Source: Lama glama (lineage: Eukaryota). From it: a DNA stretch of 64,000 nt. Below the pieces are notes generated by a model. It had not been told where the DNA came from. It saw only the letters and a list, made by a program, of their open reading frames with translations, and searched no databases. The position numbers and the translations under genes were made by a program. The DNA is taken from contig CM052817.1 in NCBI GenBank assembly GCA_028534125.1, forward strand, positions 76,572,001 to 76,636,000, written 5' to 3'. Each line of letters opens with the position of its first letter. Within the stretch, counting starts at the first letter, position 1. Shown here piece after piece: positions 1-12,517 of this stretch.

Positions 1-3000
1 ACTCAATAAAAAATGTTAAAAAAAACAAATATAGGGGAGGGAAATAAAAAATATAGATTTTATATATAGAATGTATCTGCACTTAAATGACTACCAGTTT
101 TAAACAAGTAGATATAGTCATAGGTCAACATATATGCATTCTGTGGTAATCAAAAATCAAAAACCTACAATAGAGACACAAAAAGTAGAGAAAGGAAAAT
201 AAGCATATCACTAAAGAAAGTCATCAAACTACAAGGGAAGAAATTAAAAGAAAAAATGAACAGAGAAGAACTAAAAAAACAAAACTGGAAACAAGTAATT
301 AAATGGTAATAAGTTCATACCTATCAATGATTACTTTAAATGTCAGGAGACTAAATGCTTCAATCAAAAGACATAGGGTGGCTGACTAGCTGAAAAACAA
401 CCAAGAACCATCAATGTTCTGTTTACAAGAAACTCACCTCAGATTTAAAGACACATACAGACTGTAAGTGAAGAAACAGAGAAAGATTTTCATGCAAAAG
501 GAAATGACAAGAAATAGATGAAGAAACCAGGGGTAGCAATACTACATCAGAAAAAAACAGACTTTAATACAAAGTCCATATCAAAAGACAAAGGGCAATA
601 TATGATGATGAAGGGATCAACATAAGAAGAGGATATCATACTCATTAATATATATGTACCCAATACAGAAGCACCTAAATATATAAAGCAAACATTAACA
701 GACATTAGGGAGAAATTAACAATAATACAATAATAGCAGGGGACTTTAACACTCCACTTACATCAATGAACAGATCATCCAGACAGAAAATCAATAATGC
801 AACATTGGTCTTAAATAAACAATAGAAGAATTAGATTTGATAGATGTTTATAGACTTGACAGATATCTTGGATTCTATCCAAAAACAACAGAATACACAT
901 TCTTTTTAAATGCACATGGAAGGTCCTCCAGGATGTATCACGTGCCAGACAACAAAACAAGTCCCAACAAATTTAAGAGGATAGAAATTATATCAAGCAT
1001 TTTTTCCAACCACAACAGTATGAAACTAGAAATCAATTACAGAAAGAAAAATAGGAAAAGCACAAAGGAAACTAAACAACATAGCATGTGGAGACTAAAA
1101 CAACATAGTAAAATCGATGGATAAGTGAAGAAATGAAAGCAGAAATCAGAAAATACTTAAGACAAAAAAAAAAAAAAGAAAGGAAACACAACTCTTCAAA
1201 AATCTATGGCCTAAGCAAAACCAGTTATAAGAAGGAAGATTAAAGTCATTCAGGCCTACCTCAAGGAACAAGAAAGTCTCAAATAAACTACCTAACCTAC
1301 CATTTAAAGGAATTAGAAAAGGAAGAACAACCAAAACTCAAAGTCAGCAGAAGGAAGGAAATGATAAAAATTAAGAAGGAAATGGAGACCTAATAAAGAA
1401 AAAGAAAATAGAAAAGATCAATAAAACCAAAAGCTGGTTCTTTGAAAAGATTTTTTTTAAATGATAATCCTTTAGTCAGGCTCATCAAGAAGAAAGCGAG
1501 AGGACCAAAATAAAAAAATGAGAAATGAAAGAGTAGAAATAAAAACTGATACCACAGATACGCAAAAAATTATGAGAATACTACAGTTTTATACCAACAA
1601 ATTGGATAACCTAGAAGAAATGGGAAGATTTCTAGAAACATACAACCTGCCAAGACTGAAACAGAAATAAACAGACAACCTGAACAAGCAATCACTAGTA
1701 GTAAGATTGAATTTTTAATTAAAAAAAAAATCCCAGCAAACAAAAGTCCAGAACTGGACAGCTTCACAGGGGAATTCTATGAAACATATAAAGAGGAGAT
1801 GATACCTATCTTTCTCAAAGTATTCCAAAAAGTTGAACAGGAGGGAATACTCCCAAATTAATTATATGGGGCTACCATTACCTTGATACCAAAATCAGAC
1901 AATAACACTAACAGAAAGAAAATTATAGGTCAATATCTCTAATGAATATAGATGCAAACACCTTCAACAAAATATGAGTAACCTGAATCCAATAATAGAT
2001 GAAAAGGATCATATACCATGATCAAGTGGGATTTATTCAAGGGACATAAGGTGGATACTATATCCACAAACCATGTGATTCACAGTAACAAGTTGAAAAA
2101 TAAAAATGATATGATCATTTTAATATATGCAGAAGAAGCTTTTTACAAAATTCAACACTCATCTATGATAAAAACTTTCCAGAAAGTGAGCATAGAGGAA
2201 ACATACTTTCACATAATAAAGGCCATATATAATAAGCCCACAGATAACATTATACTCAATGGTGAAAATCTGAAAGCACTTCCTCCAAAATCAGGAACAT
2301 GACAAGGATGTCCACCTTCACCACTTTTATTTAACATAGTATTTGGAAGTCCTAGCAATAAGACAATAAAAAGAAATAAAAGAAACCCAAATTTAAAAAG
2401 AAGACAAACTATCATTGTTTGCAGATGACATTATAGTATACACTGAAAATCCTAAAAACACAACTGAAAAACTACTAGAGCTCATCAATGAATTAAGTTG
2501 CAGGATACAAAATTAATTTACAGAAATCTGTTGCACTTTTACACACATAATGAACTATCAGAAAGAGAAATTAAGAAAACAATTCTAATTACAATCTCAT
2601 CAAAAAGAATAAAATACTTAGGAAATAATTTTAAGTATAGAGGAAAAAGATTTGTACTCAGAAAACTATTGAAACTGATGAAAGAAACTGAAGACAACAC
2701 AAACAGATGGATGGAAGAATTAATGTTAAAATGACCACACCATCCAAGGCAATCTACAGATTCAATGCAATCCCTATCAAAATACCAGTCAGTTTTCACA
2801 GAACTAGAACAAATAATTTAAAAATTTGTATGGAAACACAAAAGACCCAAAATAAGCAAAACAATCTTGAGGATGAAGAACATAGCTGGAGGAACCATGC
2901 TCCCTCACTTCAGACTACACTACAAAGCTACAGCAGTCAAAATCGTAGTACTGGCACAAAAACAGACACATAGATCAATGGAACAGAATAGAGAGCCCAA

Positions 3001-3637
3001 AATAAACCCACACGCTTATGGTCAACTAACCTAGTTAAAAAAAGAGGCAAGAATATACAATGGGGAAAAGACAGTTTCTTCAGTAAGCGGTGCTGGGAAA
3101 GCTGGAGAGCTATACGTAGAAGAATGAAATTAGGACACTGCCTCACACCATATACAAAAATAAACTAAAAACGAATTAAAGACCTAAACGTAAGACCTGA
3201 AAGCATAAAACTCCTAGAAGAGAACATAGACAGAAATCTCTGACATCAATTGTAGCAATTTTTTTGGATCTGTCTCCTAAGGCAAAGAGATAAAAGCAAA
3301 ATAGGCACATGGAATCTAATTCAACTTAAAAGTTTTTGTACACCAAAGGAAACCACCAACAAAACAAAAAGGCAACCCGTGGAATGGAAGAAAGTGTTTG
3401 CAAATTGTATGGCTGATAAGGAATTAATATTCACAATAAATAAACAGTTCATACAGCTCAATATCAAAAAAACAAACAACCCATTTAAAGAATGGTCAGA
3501 AGACCTTAGTAGACATTTTTCCATAGAACACATACAGATGGCTAACAGGCACATGAAAAGATGCTCAACATGACTAATCGTTAGAGAAATGCAAATCAGA
3601 GCCATATAAAATCCTGCCTCACAGCTGTCAAAATGGC
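1..3637 (+). mobile_element. LINE-1 fragment (inter-ORF region plus most of ORF2; frameshifted, non-functional)
   Basis: ORF2 start-like sequence at ~302 (atggtaataagttcatacctatcaatgattactttaaatgtc, the ITLNV endonuclease start). RT motif FADD encoded at 2418-2429. ORF-track peptides 837-1124, 2018-2302, 2707-2973 and 3379-3573 are L1 ORF2-like (e.g. [25 protein letters not shown]). Many stops and frameshifts. Confidence 0.97.
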
Positions 3638-3661
3638 CACACACACACACACACACACACA
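3638..3661. repeat. (CA)n microsatellite at the L1 break
   Basis: Pure CA run seen directly. Confidence 0.95.
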
Positions 3662-3730
3662 ATGAACAACTTCTACCAAATGCGCAAGTAAAATGATGCT
3701 TGTTTTACTTTTCACAAGCAGAGTGCCAAA

Positions 3731-4020
3731 TAAGTTCATCTGTGTCATTTTCTTAGATTCCACCCAAGTGATATCATATGGTATTTTTCTTTCTCTTTCT
3801 GGCTTACCTCACTTAGTATGACAATCCCCAGGTCCATCCACGTTGCTACAAATGTCATTTTACTCTTTCTTATGGCTGAGTTGTATTCTACTGTGTGTGT
3901 GTGTGTAGTGTGTATGTGTGTATGTATGTGTGTGTGTGTGTGTTTGTGTGTGTGTACACACCACATCTTTTTCCAATCATCTGTCAGTAGACATTGAGGT
4001 TGCTTCCATGTTTTGGCTAT
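3731..4020 (-). mobile_element. LINE-1 ORF2 end / 3'UTR start fragment with internal (TG)n
   Basis: Minus-strand peptide FVATWMDLGIVILSEVSQKEKEKYHMISL is the L1 ORF2 C-terminus. TG repeat at 3892-3960. Confidence 0.93.
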
Positions 4021-4679
4021 TTAGGTAAATATTTAATTACTGGCAAAAACATGAGAACATGAATACACTTTCATGTGGACTTGAAACTCACAAGTCCAGC
4101 AAGGAGGAGTCCCATGACTCCAAGGAGAATAAGATTCTTCACAAGAACTGTCTGCAGATCTAATTAAGTTGTCAGATAAGTCACTGCAGAGATTTTAACA
4201 TCAAAGTCAGAAACCCTGAGAGAAATGGAGTGGAAGATAAGATGAGTAGAAGAGCTCGGGGCCCTAACTAAGAGATTTCAGTTGCAAGTGCTGTACTTGT
4301 AACTTAATGCGTGAAACAGAGGAAATTACACAAGGAAACTCCTGCCCAATGCTAAAATTTATAAAGTTTTGCTCATGTCACTAAAACATCAGACAAAACA
4401 GCCCCCAGAATGTTGCTATGTGCAATTAACTGATTGAATTTGAGAGCAGAGCTTGGGATATTTTTGTTTGAAATGCCAAGGTAGGCATGTTCTTTTAAAG
4501 ACATAGGACATTGAAGGACAGGACTGAGAATAAGAAGGTACCAATAGTTACATATGAAGAGGTAAATGGCCAGATTTGTACTTTAGGGAAGTTAATTCTA
4601 GCAATGTAGTTCCAGACAGGGTGGCATAGCGAGTGTCTGGATAATGCTAAATATTAAACTCTTACTAAAACATATAATC

Positions 4680-5121
4680 CTGCATGAGGCCATGGCAATC
4701 AGGAGAAACCACTTTACATATCTCCAAACAAGGGGAAAGTAAGCGACTCAGGCCACCACTGCAGCATTTATGCCAGCCCAGGGTTCTCAGGGGCTGAGCT
4801 CTGCAGTACCGCACTGCTCGGCAGAACACTAAGGCACGTTCATTACTGGGGGACAGGAAGATCCTCTGAGGGGTGGCTTGGCCTTGAGAATCTCCCATTG
4901 CTTGCTCAACTTTTGTTTTTCAGATCACACAATATTCTTGGATGCTCTCACCCAACCTGCATTCTTTCTCTCAAGAGCAATCTTGCTTCATGGACTATCG
5001 GCTCTTTTAGCCTTTCCAGAGTTCACCTCACTTCTTCTCACATGGATATTTCCCCTAATAAGATTCTAATATGTTTATTCTCATCTTAGCATCTGTTTCT
5101 CAAAGGACCAAGACTAACACA
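4680..5121 (+). mobile_element. ERVL-class solo LTR remnant (subfamily unresolved)
   Basis: 3' end catctgtttctcaaaggaccaagactaacaca, preceded by a polyA-signal-like aataag, is typical of ERVL LTR ends. 5' boundary approximate. Confidence 0.6.
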
Positions 5122-5124
5122 AGT

Positions 5125-5460
5125 GCAGAGACAAGACAGGAGTATATGCAAGCAATTTTCGAAGTAAAATTAACATAAAATATCACCTGATTTGGTAAAG
5201 CAGAAGGAAGAATCAAGTACTACTGAAGTGTGAAATGGTGCTCACATTAACTGAGGTTTCATAAAAGGAGGAAAGAGTACTTGAAGGAAAAATTGTGAGT
5301 TCAGTTTTAGAACATGTCCAGCAAGAGATATGATGGGTCCTCTAGGGACTGAAGCCCAGTAGACAGTTAGAAGTGTTAGTTACCAACTTAAAACATAGAC
5401 AAAGGCCAGAGCTATATATTTGATGGTCATACAAACTAAGAAGACTACTGAAAAATAGAA
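5125..5460 (-). mobile_element. L2 fragment
   Basis: Diverged L2-like strings such as gtgagttcagttttagaacatgt and gagctatatatttgatggtcat. Confidence 0.55.
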
Positions 5461-5509
5461 TAAATTGTCACAATTTTAATATACTATTTGCAAGCTAACA
5501 AGTTATCCT

Positions 5510-5890
5510 GCCACAGTTTTGTGGGTAGTGGTGGAAGATATGAGACTCCCAGATCAAAGACAGTTTATTCCTCATGTCAAACACAGTAGCCAGTGTATCA
5601 ACATTGCACCGATGCCACAGCCCCAGTAATCACAAGGCCACATAAAAAGGGCACCTGCACACTTAAAGGGCCACATTATAGAAAATGACCCTGAGCTTAG
5701 GAAAGCTAATGTTTGATATGGAGAATAAACATGTTTGTTTTTTCCCTAGAGGGTAAGTACTATCTCTGTTTTCCAAGGCTGTTTTCAATTCAAACATCTT
5801 TGAAAAAATAGCCTGGAGATACCATTCTAAGGCTTGTTCACTACATGTACAGAAAAACAAAGAAACCCAAAGAAAATTGTCTCCCAATAC
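5510..5890 (-). mobile_element. ERVL-class LTR (MER70/MER76-like)
   Basis: Reverse complement begins ttgggagacaattttc and contains aacagccttggaa..agagatagt and cctaagctcagggt, matching a recalled ERVL LTR consensus. Subfamily name uncertain. Confidence 0.65.
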
Positions 5891-5998
5891 AAATCACTAG
5901 CAAACATATGCTAAAGCCATCAAAATATCCTGAAAAACTGGAATACTAGTTTAAAAAAATAAGGTGCCATTTTCCACCTCAGATTAGAAAAAGTGGTT

Positions 5999-6052
5999 GT
6001 GTGTGTGTGTTTATGTGTGTGTGCATGTTTGCATGTTTGTGTCTGTGTGTAT
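5999..6052. repeat. Imperfect (TG)n microsatellite
   Basis: Seen directly. Confidence 0.85.
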
Positions 6053-6104
6053 ACCTTTGTATATGCTTGGTTCTGTTTGCTGAGTCCATTCAGGTCTAAG
6101 GAGG

Positions 6105-7857
6105 GATTTTAGTTTCCTATGGTTGCCATAAACAAATGACTATAAATTGAGTGGCTTAAAAACAACAGGAATTAAGAATCCAAGAATACGCAATGGGGAA
6201 AGGTCAGTATCTTCAATAAACGGTGCTGAAAAAAATTGGACAGCCACATGCAAAAGAGTAAAACTTGACCACTGTCTCACATCATACACAAAAATTAACT
6301 CAAAATGGATTAAAGACTTGAATTTAAGACCTGAAACCATAAAACTCCTTGAAGAAAACGTAGGTGGGTAAGATCCTTGACATTTGTCTCGGCAATGAGT
6401 TTTTGGACCTGATGCCGAAAGCAAAAGCAAAAAGTAAAAATAAACAGGTGGGATGACATCAAACACAGGAAAGGAAATCATCCATAATATGAAAAGGCAA
6501 GTCACTGAATGAGATAAAATTTTTACAAACCATGTATCTGTTAAGGGATTAATATCTGAAAAATATAAAGAATTCATACAACTCTAGGAAAAAACAATCG
6601 AAGTGAAAAATTGGCAGAGAATCTGAATAGACATTTCTTAAAGCAGACACACAAATGGCTAACAGGTATATGAACAGATGCTCAGCATCACTAATCATCA
6701 GGGTACTACAAATCAAAATCAGAACAGACGTAACCTCACTGATAGAATGGCCATTTACCAAAAAGAAAAGAAATAACAAGTATTGGTAAAGATGTGGACA
6801 AAAGAGAACCCTCGTGCACTATTGGTGGGAATGTAGATTGGTGCAACTACAATGGAAGACAGTATGGAGTAATCTCAAAAAATTAAAAATAGAACTAGCA
6901 TACAACCCAACAATTCCATTCCTGGAGATTTATCCTAAGAAAACACACACACACACACAAAATGACATACTATTCAGCCATTAAAAAAAAAAGGAATGAA
7001 ATCTTGCCATTTTCAACATGGATGGAACTTGAGGGCATTATACAGAGTGAAATAAGTCAGAGAGAACAAACACCGTGTGATCTCACTTGTATACGGAATC
7101 TAAAAAACAAAACAAACAAAAAACAAGCTTATAGATACAGAGAACAGAACGTTGGCTGCCAGATCCAGGGGTTGGAGAGTAAGCAAAATGAGAAAAAGGG
7201 GTCAAAAGGTAAAAATTTCTAGTTATAAAATAAATAAGTCATGAGAGTACAATGTACAGCATGGTGGTTATATTTAATACTGCATCACATCTTTGAAACA
7301 TGCTAAGAGAGTGAATCTTAAAATTCTCCTCACATAAAAAAACATCTTATGTATGGTAACTGATGTTGACCGTTCTTCCTACGGTGATCATTTCACAACA
7401 TTTACAAAGATGGAATCATTATGTTGTACACCTGAAACTAGCATGTTGTTATATATCAATTATTCCTAAAAAGAAAAAAAAAGCTGTTTTCTTTTAGTTC
7501 TGGAGGCCAGAAGCAAAATCAAGGTGTCAGCAGGGCTACACTCCCTCTGAAGACTCTGGGCGATGATCCTTCCTCGCCTCTCCCTGCATCTGGCGGCTCC
7601 AGGCTTTCCTAGGCCTGCTGGCTTACACAATATTAACCTCTACTTCCAACTTCACGTTGATTTCTCCTCTGTGTGTCCTTTTCCCTTCTCTTCTCTTTAC
7701 ACTTGTCATTACACGCAGAGCCCACTCTAATCCCAGCTGATTTCATCTCAAGAGCCTTAGCATATTAGGAAAGACAGTTTTCCAAAAAAGGCCACATTCA
7801 GAGGTTCAAGGTGGACCTACTGTTGCATGGACGAGAGGGTATGTTCAACCCATCCCA
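6105..7857 (-). mobile_element. MLT1 (MaLR) solo LTR split by an L1 insertion
   Basis: Left part tagtttcctatggttgccataaacaaatgac..gtggcttaaaaacaacag resumes after ~7483 as agttctggaggccagaag..aatcaaggtgtcagcaggg. Candidate 5-bp TSD ggagg (6100-6104) / gaagg (7858-7862). Confidence 0.88.
6174..7482 (+). mobile_element. 5'-truncated LINE-1 (ORF2 C-terminus, 3'UTR, A-tail) nested in MLT1
   Basis: Peptide [45 protein letters not shown]1MA-type 3'UTR (gatcatttcacaac..gttgtacacctgaaact). A-rich tail at 7468-7482. Confidence 0.95.
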
Positions 7858-7939
7858 GAAGGGTACAGCGAAACAGGTCTCTCAACGATACTGCCAGTTT
7901 GTTTCCTAAGAACCATGTCAAAGGTTAACACTCAGCCTA

Positions 7940-8380
7940 TATCCTCCTTCTAGTGGTTATAAATATCTTTTTCAGAATATTCTACTCATCTCCTATATTC
8001 ATTTATCTGCTGGGTTTTTAGTATCTTCCTTTAGATTATTAAAATTTTGTCTCTCATTTGTTTTAAACTTTCAGTTTAAAATTTAGTTCCATTCTTCATG
8101 GATATATAGATGTAATTACATCTATCAATACTTTCCTGTATTGTAGTTTTCATTGCTTTAAAATATTTTTAAAATATTTAAAAATTTAAGATGTCTTTAT
8201 CTGATTTGTATAGATCCTCCACCAGAGAGATGTGATGGGCATTATCTTTTCAATTTTCTCTAGCTTTTAATTTTTTTTCTAATTCATGAGAAGCACTTTA
8301 GTCCACTTGGAATTAAATTTGGTATCTAGAATGCAGTAAGGATCTAGTGTTATATTTTCCATCTAAGTCTCTTAAAACTT
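7940..8380 (-). mobile_element. Old L1M fragment (highly diverged)
   Basis: T-rich strings like tttagtccacttggaattaaatttggtat..gtaaggatctag resemble antisense L1 ORF2. Confidence 0.5.
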
Positions 8381-8454
8381 TGGTTTCCATCTATTAAATT
8401 AGGCTGTTAAACTTCCCTTAAGATGCCAAGAGTCATTTTAAGATTCACTTAATT

Positions 8455-9465
8455 TTTATTCACACATTCATTTAAAAACTACTGAGTTTTTTCAATATTT
8501 TCCAGGCAAAATTCTAAATGCTGTGGAACCTGCAAAAAAAAAAAAAAAAAAAAAAAAGGAAACAGACAAAATTTTCTACCTGCATGGAATTTACCTGAGA
8601 ATGAGTGGAGATAGAAAATTTTTAAAATAATAACAGCAACAATTTGCATATATATATAGCTTGTTACATGGTGATAAGATTGTTATGTTGGGAAAACAAA
8701 CTGGGAATGGGGAAAAGAAAAGTTGAAGGGTGAAATTTTAAATAGAATCATGAGAAAAGGTGATATTTGAACAAAAAAGGTGGTGGAGGCAAGGAAATGA
8801 GTATTTAAAAGAAGAACTTTTCGGGCAAAGAAAACAAGTGCCAAAGCCTGGATGTGGAGGGGCATCTGATACGTGGGAAGGATGAGGCCAGAGGGGCAGA
8901 AATAGAGTCAGAGAGACAGCCGGACGCTATCAGAAGATTGATTTTTTTTTTCCCCAAAAGAAGAGCCAGAGAAAAGTAATTTGTCTGTCTCACTCTGTAG
9001 CCAGTGCAGTCCAAATAGGAATGTCAACTATTTCAAGTTGTGACTCTTCTTGCTCTTGTTGACTATGTTACTCTTATAATAAATGAAGTTCAGATTGGGT
9101 TCAAATTGTCCAGTATCCACTAGATCACTGTTTTGAGCTTTAGTTTTTTTCTCTTAGGAAAACATGAGGACAGAGGAGGGATTTTAAGCAGAGGAGTGGC
9201 ATGATCTGATTTGCATTCTAAATGAATTAAATAAAATAAAACTGAAGCCAGAGAAAGATGGCAAGCAGGTAACTGTATTAATCCAGGAGAGAGAGATGGT
9301 AAAAACAGGGATTGAGCCACGTGGGAGCAGACAGAACTGGGTTCACCAGGACTACGGCTTGGCCAAGTGAATATTATGAAGCAAGAGAAAAGAAAGCGAG
9401 TGATTATAAGGCAGTGATTCCAATAATTGGTCATGGGTTGTAGGCTGGGTATAGAAGACACTAAG
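8455..9465 (-). mobile_element. L2 3' region, interrupted at ~8941-9120
   Basis: Starts cattcatttaaaaactactgag..ccaggcaaaattctaaatgctgtg. Contains aacaagtgccaaagcctgga and ttttaagcagaggagtggcatgatctgattt, typical antisense L2 motifs. Confidence 0.85.
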
Positions 9466-10495
9466 TGAGGTGAATGTAATTTGAAGCTAATAAACCTTGA
9501 ACTTAAGAGCTCCTCACTTGTTCTGCCTTCTTCCAAGGCCCTGGTGGGGCTATAGCCATGTGTTAATACTTGTGATTCTAATTTTAAAAATCATTAAAAT
9601 ATTTTAACCACAGTCACTTAAGTTCTCCCTTTCTAAAATGTTTTATGTTACTCCTTCCAACACTTTGTCTTACTGCCCTTGGTGCCAGGTGGCGTTGAAG
9701 TCAACATAAAGTGAAAGTGAACTGGGGAGGCATCATTTATATCAGGATTACTGTGAGGCAGGTATGTGGTTTGCAGCCACATTTATATTTAGTACTTGTT
9801 AGCTGTCCCCGTATAAAAATGTTTCCCAGGAATATTCCTGTCACATACCATGAGCCTTACACAAAGGCACTGGGCCAGCGGCCACACTGAGATACTAAAG
9901 CAGCCTGCAGTGTCTGCCAGTGGACGGGACACGTGGATGGGGAGCAGACAGGTATAGAGACAAAATACATGGTGCCATCTAAACCTTTCGGCTTACGTAG
10001 GAAAGAAGTTTGATACAGGTTTCTCCACATTTGACAATTTTAAAAAAATCACTTGGTATTACTAACTACAATTTGGGAAGCTGATATTTATTTTTTACAA
10101 GCTATTAACACTAAAAGCAAAATTTTTGACCATTTCATACTGGAAAAAAATCTCTCTGTTCTCTCTATAGAAAATTACATTACAGAATCATGATCATAAA
10201 AAGAAATAATTATGACTAAAAGTATTAAATTAAAAAAAAACTTTGAAGGGTGAGTTAGTTAATAGCATATATACTATTTTTCTAAATTTTTTGCTGTTTG
10301 TGGTATTTTCTCAGCTCTTTAAAATCTGCAATTTATTGAGATTTTTGCCATGTTTACTTAATTATTTAGCTCTATTTAGACTATTTATCCAATATTCATT
10401 TTCACCCCTAATTTTGTATTTGAATTCTTTATTCTTTATCCTAAGAAATGTCTCTCCAGTTGTCTGCAGCTCAGGCCCTGTGGAGTCTCAATAGG
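9465..10495 (+). mobile_element. hAT-Tip100 DNA transposon fossil (Zaphod/MER115-like)
   Basis: tgaagctaataaaccttgaactt..ctcctcacttg..ccttcttccaaggccctgg and internal ggtggcgttg, ccaggaatattcct match the recalled consensus. Right end gctcaggccc. Confidence 0.7.
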
Positions 10496-11520
10496 CTGCA
10501 GGAATGACTTTATGGGAAGAGCATGGGACAGCGAAGTCGGTAGGGTTCAGAGGCGCACTCTGTGTGGGAGAAGCACTGCCGGAGCTGAGACCCTAGGGAG
10601 CAGGGAATCATCAAATTAATATCCTCGCTAATAATTTTAGTCACTTATTTTCATGCCAAGAAGAACCAAAATACACTTTTGCCTTTCATATTAATGAGCA
10701 GATCCTTTTCAGCATTTAAATGTTAGTCTAATTACTTTAAACAACTTTTACATTTGTTAGCAGCAAAGTGAAGCAGGAAGGGACATCATCATGAAATGAT
10801 CACTCTTCTAACTCCACATGAACACAAATGGAAATCAACATTACTTCTCTACAAGAACATGTCCAGACATCTTTTTGTGTGTAGCATCTTTTTTTTTAAC
10901 CAGTTAAGACAACACACTTCAGAATAAAGGCACAAAGAACTCTCTTAAGGAAATTCATTTTTTTTTGCAGGAAGATAAAGGGAAGAAAGTGGAAAAGAAA
11001 AATCCAGGTCCTGTTTGTTTTCCCCAAGTGTAATGAAGGCAGTCAGTGTGGTCTGAACTATTTCATGCAGAGATGAGCTTCTAGGGTGTTTGATTGCCTA
11101 AAGGATAAAATGATAAAGATCTACTAGGAACACAGCAAGGTTCCTAATTTTCAACAGGAGCCCCAAAGCTGGGAGAAATTATTTCCCCCCTTGAAGGGCT
11201 CTTAATGAAGTCTTCATATGGGAGAGGTATAAAATACGTAAAGAAACTGAAGTGAGTTTAACAGCAGCACAGAAAAGTTGTTCAAAGAAATAAAGCACTA
11301 ATTATCCTCAAGCACATTTACATTATATTCTAGCCTTAAAATTGATACAATGTTTCTTATGTGCTTTTTATAAGGTTGTGTTTAATATTTCCTGATATTT
11401 TTCTGAGTGTTATGTTTTTTGTACACTAATAAGGCTAATCACTAGGGGAGAATTTCGTCTAAGAAAAATGAAGATTTGACACAGTTTTTAAAGGAAGGAA
11501 TTGGTGGGCTTATATTAAAG

Positions 11521-11554
11521 TTTGCCATCTAGTGACAAAAATCTCAAATTGCAT
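11521..11554 (-). promoter_or_regulatory. Candidate CTCF site with upstream module
   Basis: Minus strand reads tgcaa-tttgagattt-ttgTCACTAGATGGCA, against core consensus CCASYAGRKGGCR (1 mismatch). Confidence 0.45.
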
Positions 11555-11794
11555 TTAGATCCTCCAAGGAAAATCCAGCCCTTGGAGGGTAAGCCATTTT
11601 ACAGCAATTATGCCTTTAAGTAACATGATGTTTTTTAAATCCCAATATTTATACCTTTGGATAAGTGGCTTTCTTTACAAACTGGTCACATTCAGAGGCT
11701 TAATACTTAATCCAATAATGTTTCCCATTATTAAAACTTTTTTTTCTGGAATTTCTCTTAAAAATTGCTCTCAGGGCTTCGGTCACCATAATAG

Positions 11795-12040
11795 CTGTTA
11801 ATAAAACTAACCGTCATTTATGAAAGTCTATATTAAACACACTACTTAGTTTCATTTAAATTCACCATCTGATCGTATCTTCACAAAAACCAAATATGTA
11901 TTCTTGTCTTTTTCATAAATGAGGGAAGGTGGATCTAGAGAGACTGACTAAATTGCTGAAGATCACACCTACCATATAAGGAGCAAAGTAAGACTTTTAA
12001 ACCAAAGTTATCAGACTCAAAAATCTCTACATGGTGCCAC
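11795..12040 (-). mobile_element. MIR
   Basis: aaatgagggaa..agagagactgactaaattgctgaagatcacac..cagactcaaaa is the MIR core in antisense. Confidence 0.75.
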
Positions 12041-12376
12041 CTCCCATGTAACAGGGATGACATTCAAGTTCACATGCTACAGTACATTCAATTTAAAAAC
12101 CACAACAAGAAAAGTGTTGAACCTAAGCCTGATGAAAATGGTGTCAGTAAGATGGGACAGTTTACTTTATGCCCCCAGTTAAGTCTTATCAAATATTAAT
12201 CTTGAGTTTTGTGTATTTATGTCTAGGAAACTGGCCATATGGAAAATTCCAAAAGAGAAACTGAAATATGTATTATGCCTCTCAAATTGACTCCATTGAT
12301 AACAAGCAAACCATTGAGTAATTAATTCTAGTGTTTATTTAAATAACAAAAAGTTATTATTGTAATACAGACCCAC

Positions 12377-12517
12377 CTTTATGGAGTGACTATACCTCAA
12401 CATAATAAATTGCTGTCGAAATAGGAGCAACATCCTTGATACTCTGTCCTGACTCTTTAAAGAATTGTCAGAATTTGAAAATCTCTGCAATAATTTCAGG
12501 CAGAAGATGTGTAACTC
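12377..12517 (-). other. Candidate 141-nt internal exon, open in phase 0 (unassigned)
   Basis: Acceptor tgtttgtatactctgcag, donor AAG|gtgggt, 47 codons without a stop. No homologue recognised. Confidence 0.25.

Noticed and set aside
837..3662. Several ORFs of 60-113 aa as protein-coding genes
   Set aside because: They are broken pieces of L1 ORF2 or its antisense, with stops and frameshifts between them.
3600..4025. Twin-priming L1 inversion
   Set aside because: Orientation is tail-to-tail with a spacer, not the head-to-head junction twin priming produces.
6140..6577. Longest ORF in the track (145 aa, minus strand)
   Set aside because: It is the antisense strand of L1 ORF2; hydrophobic F/L/S-rich composition is typical of such ORFs.
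9120..9536. 138-aa minus-strand ORF
   Set aside because: Lies within L2 and transposon sequence; no recognisable domain.
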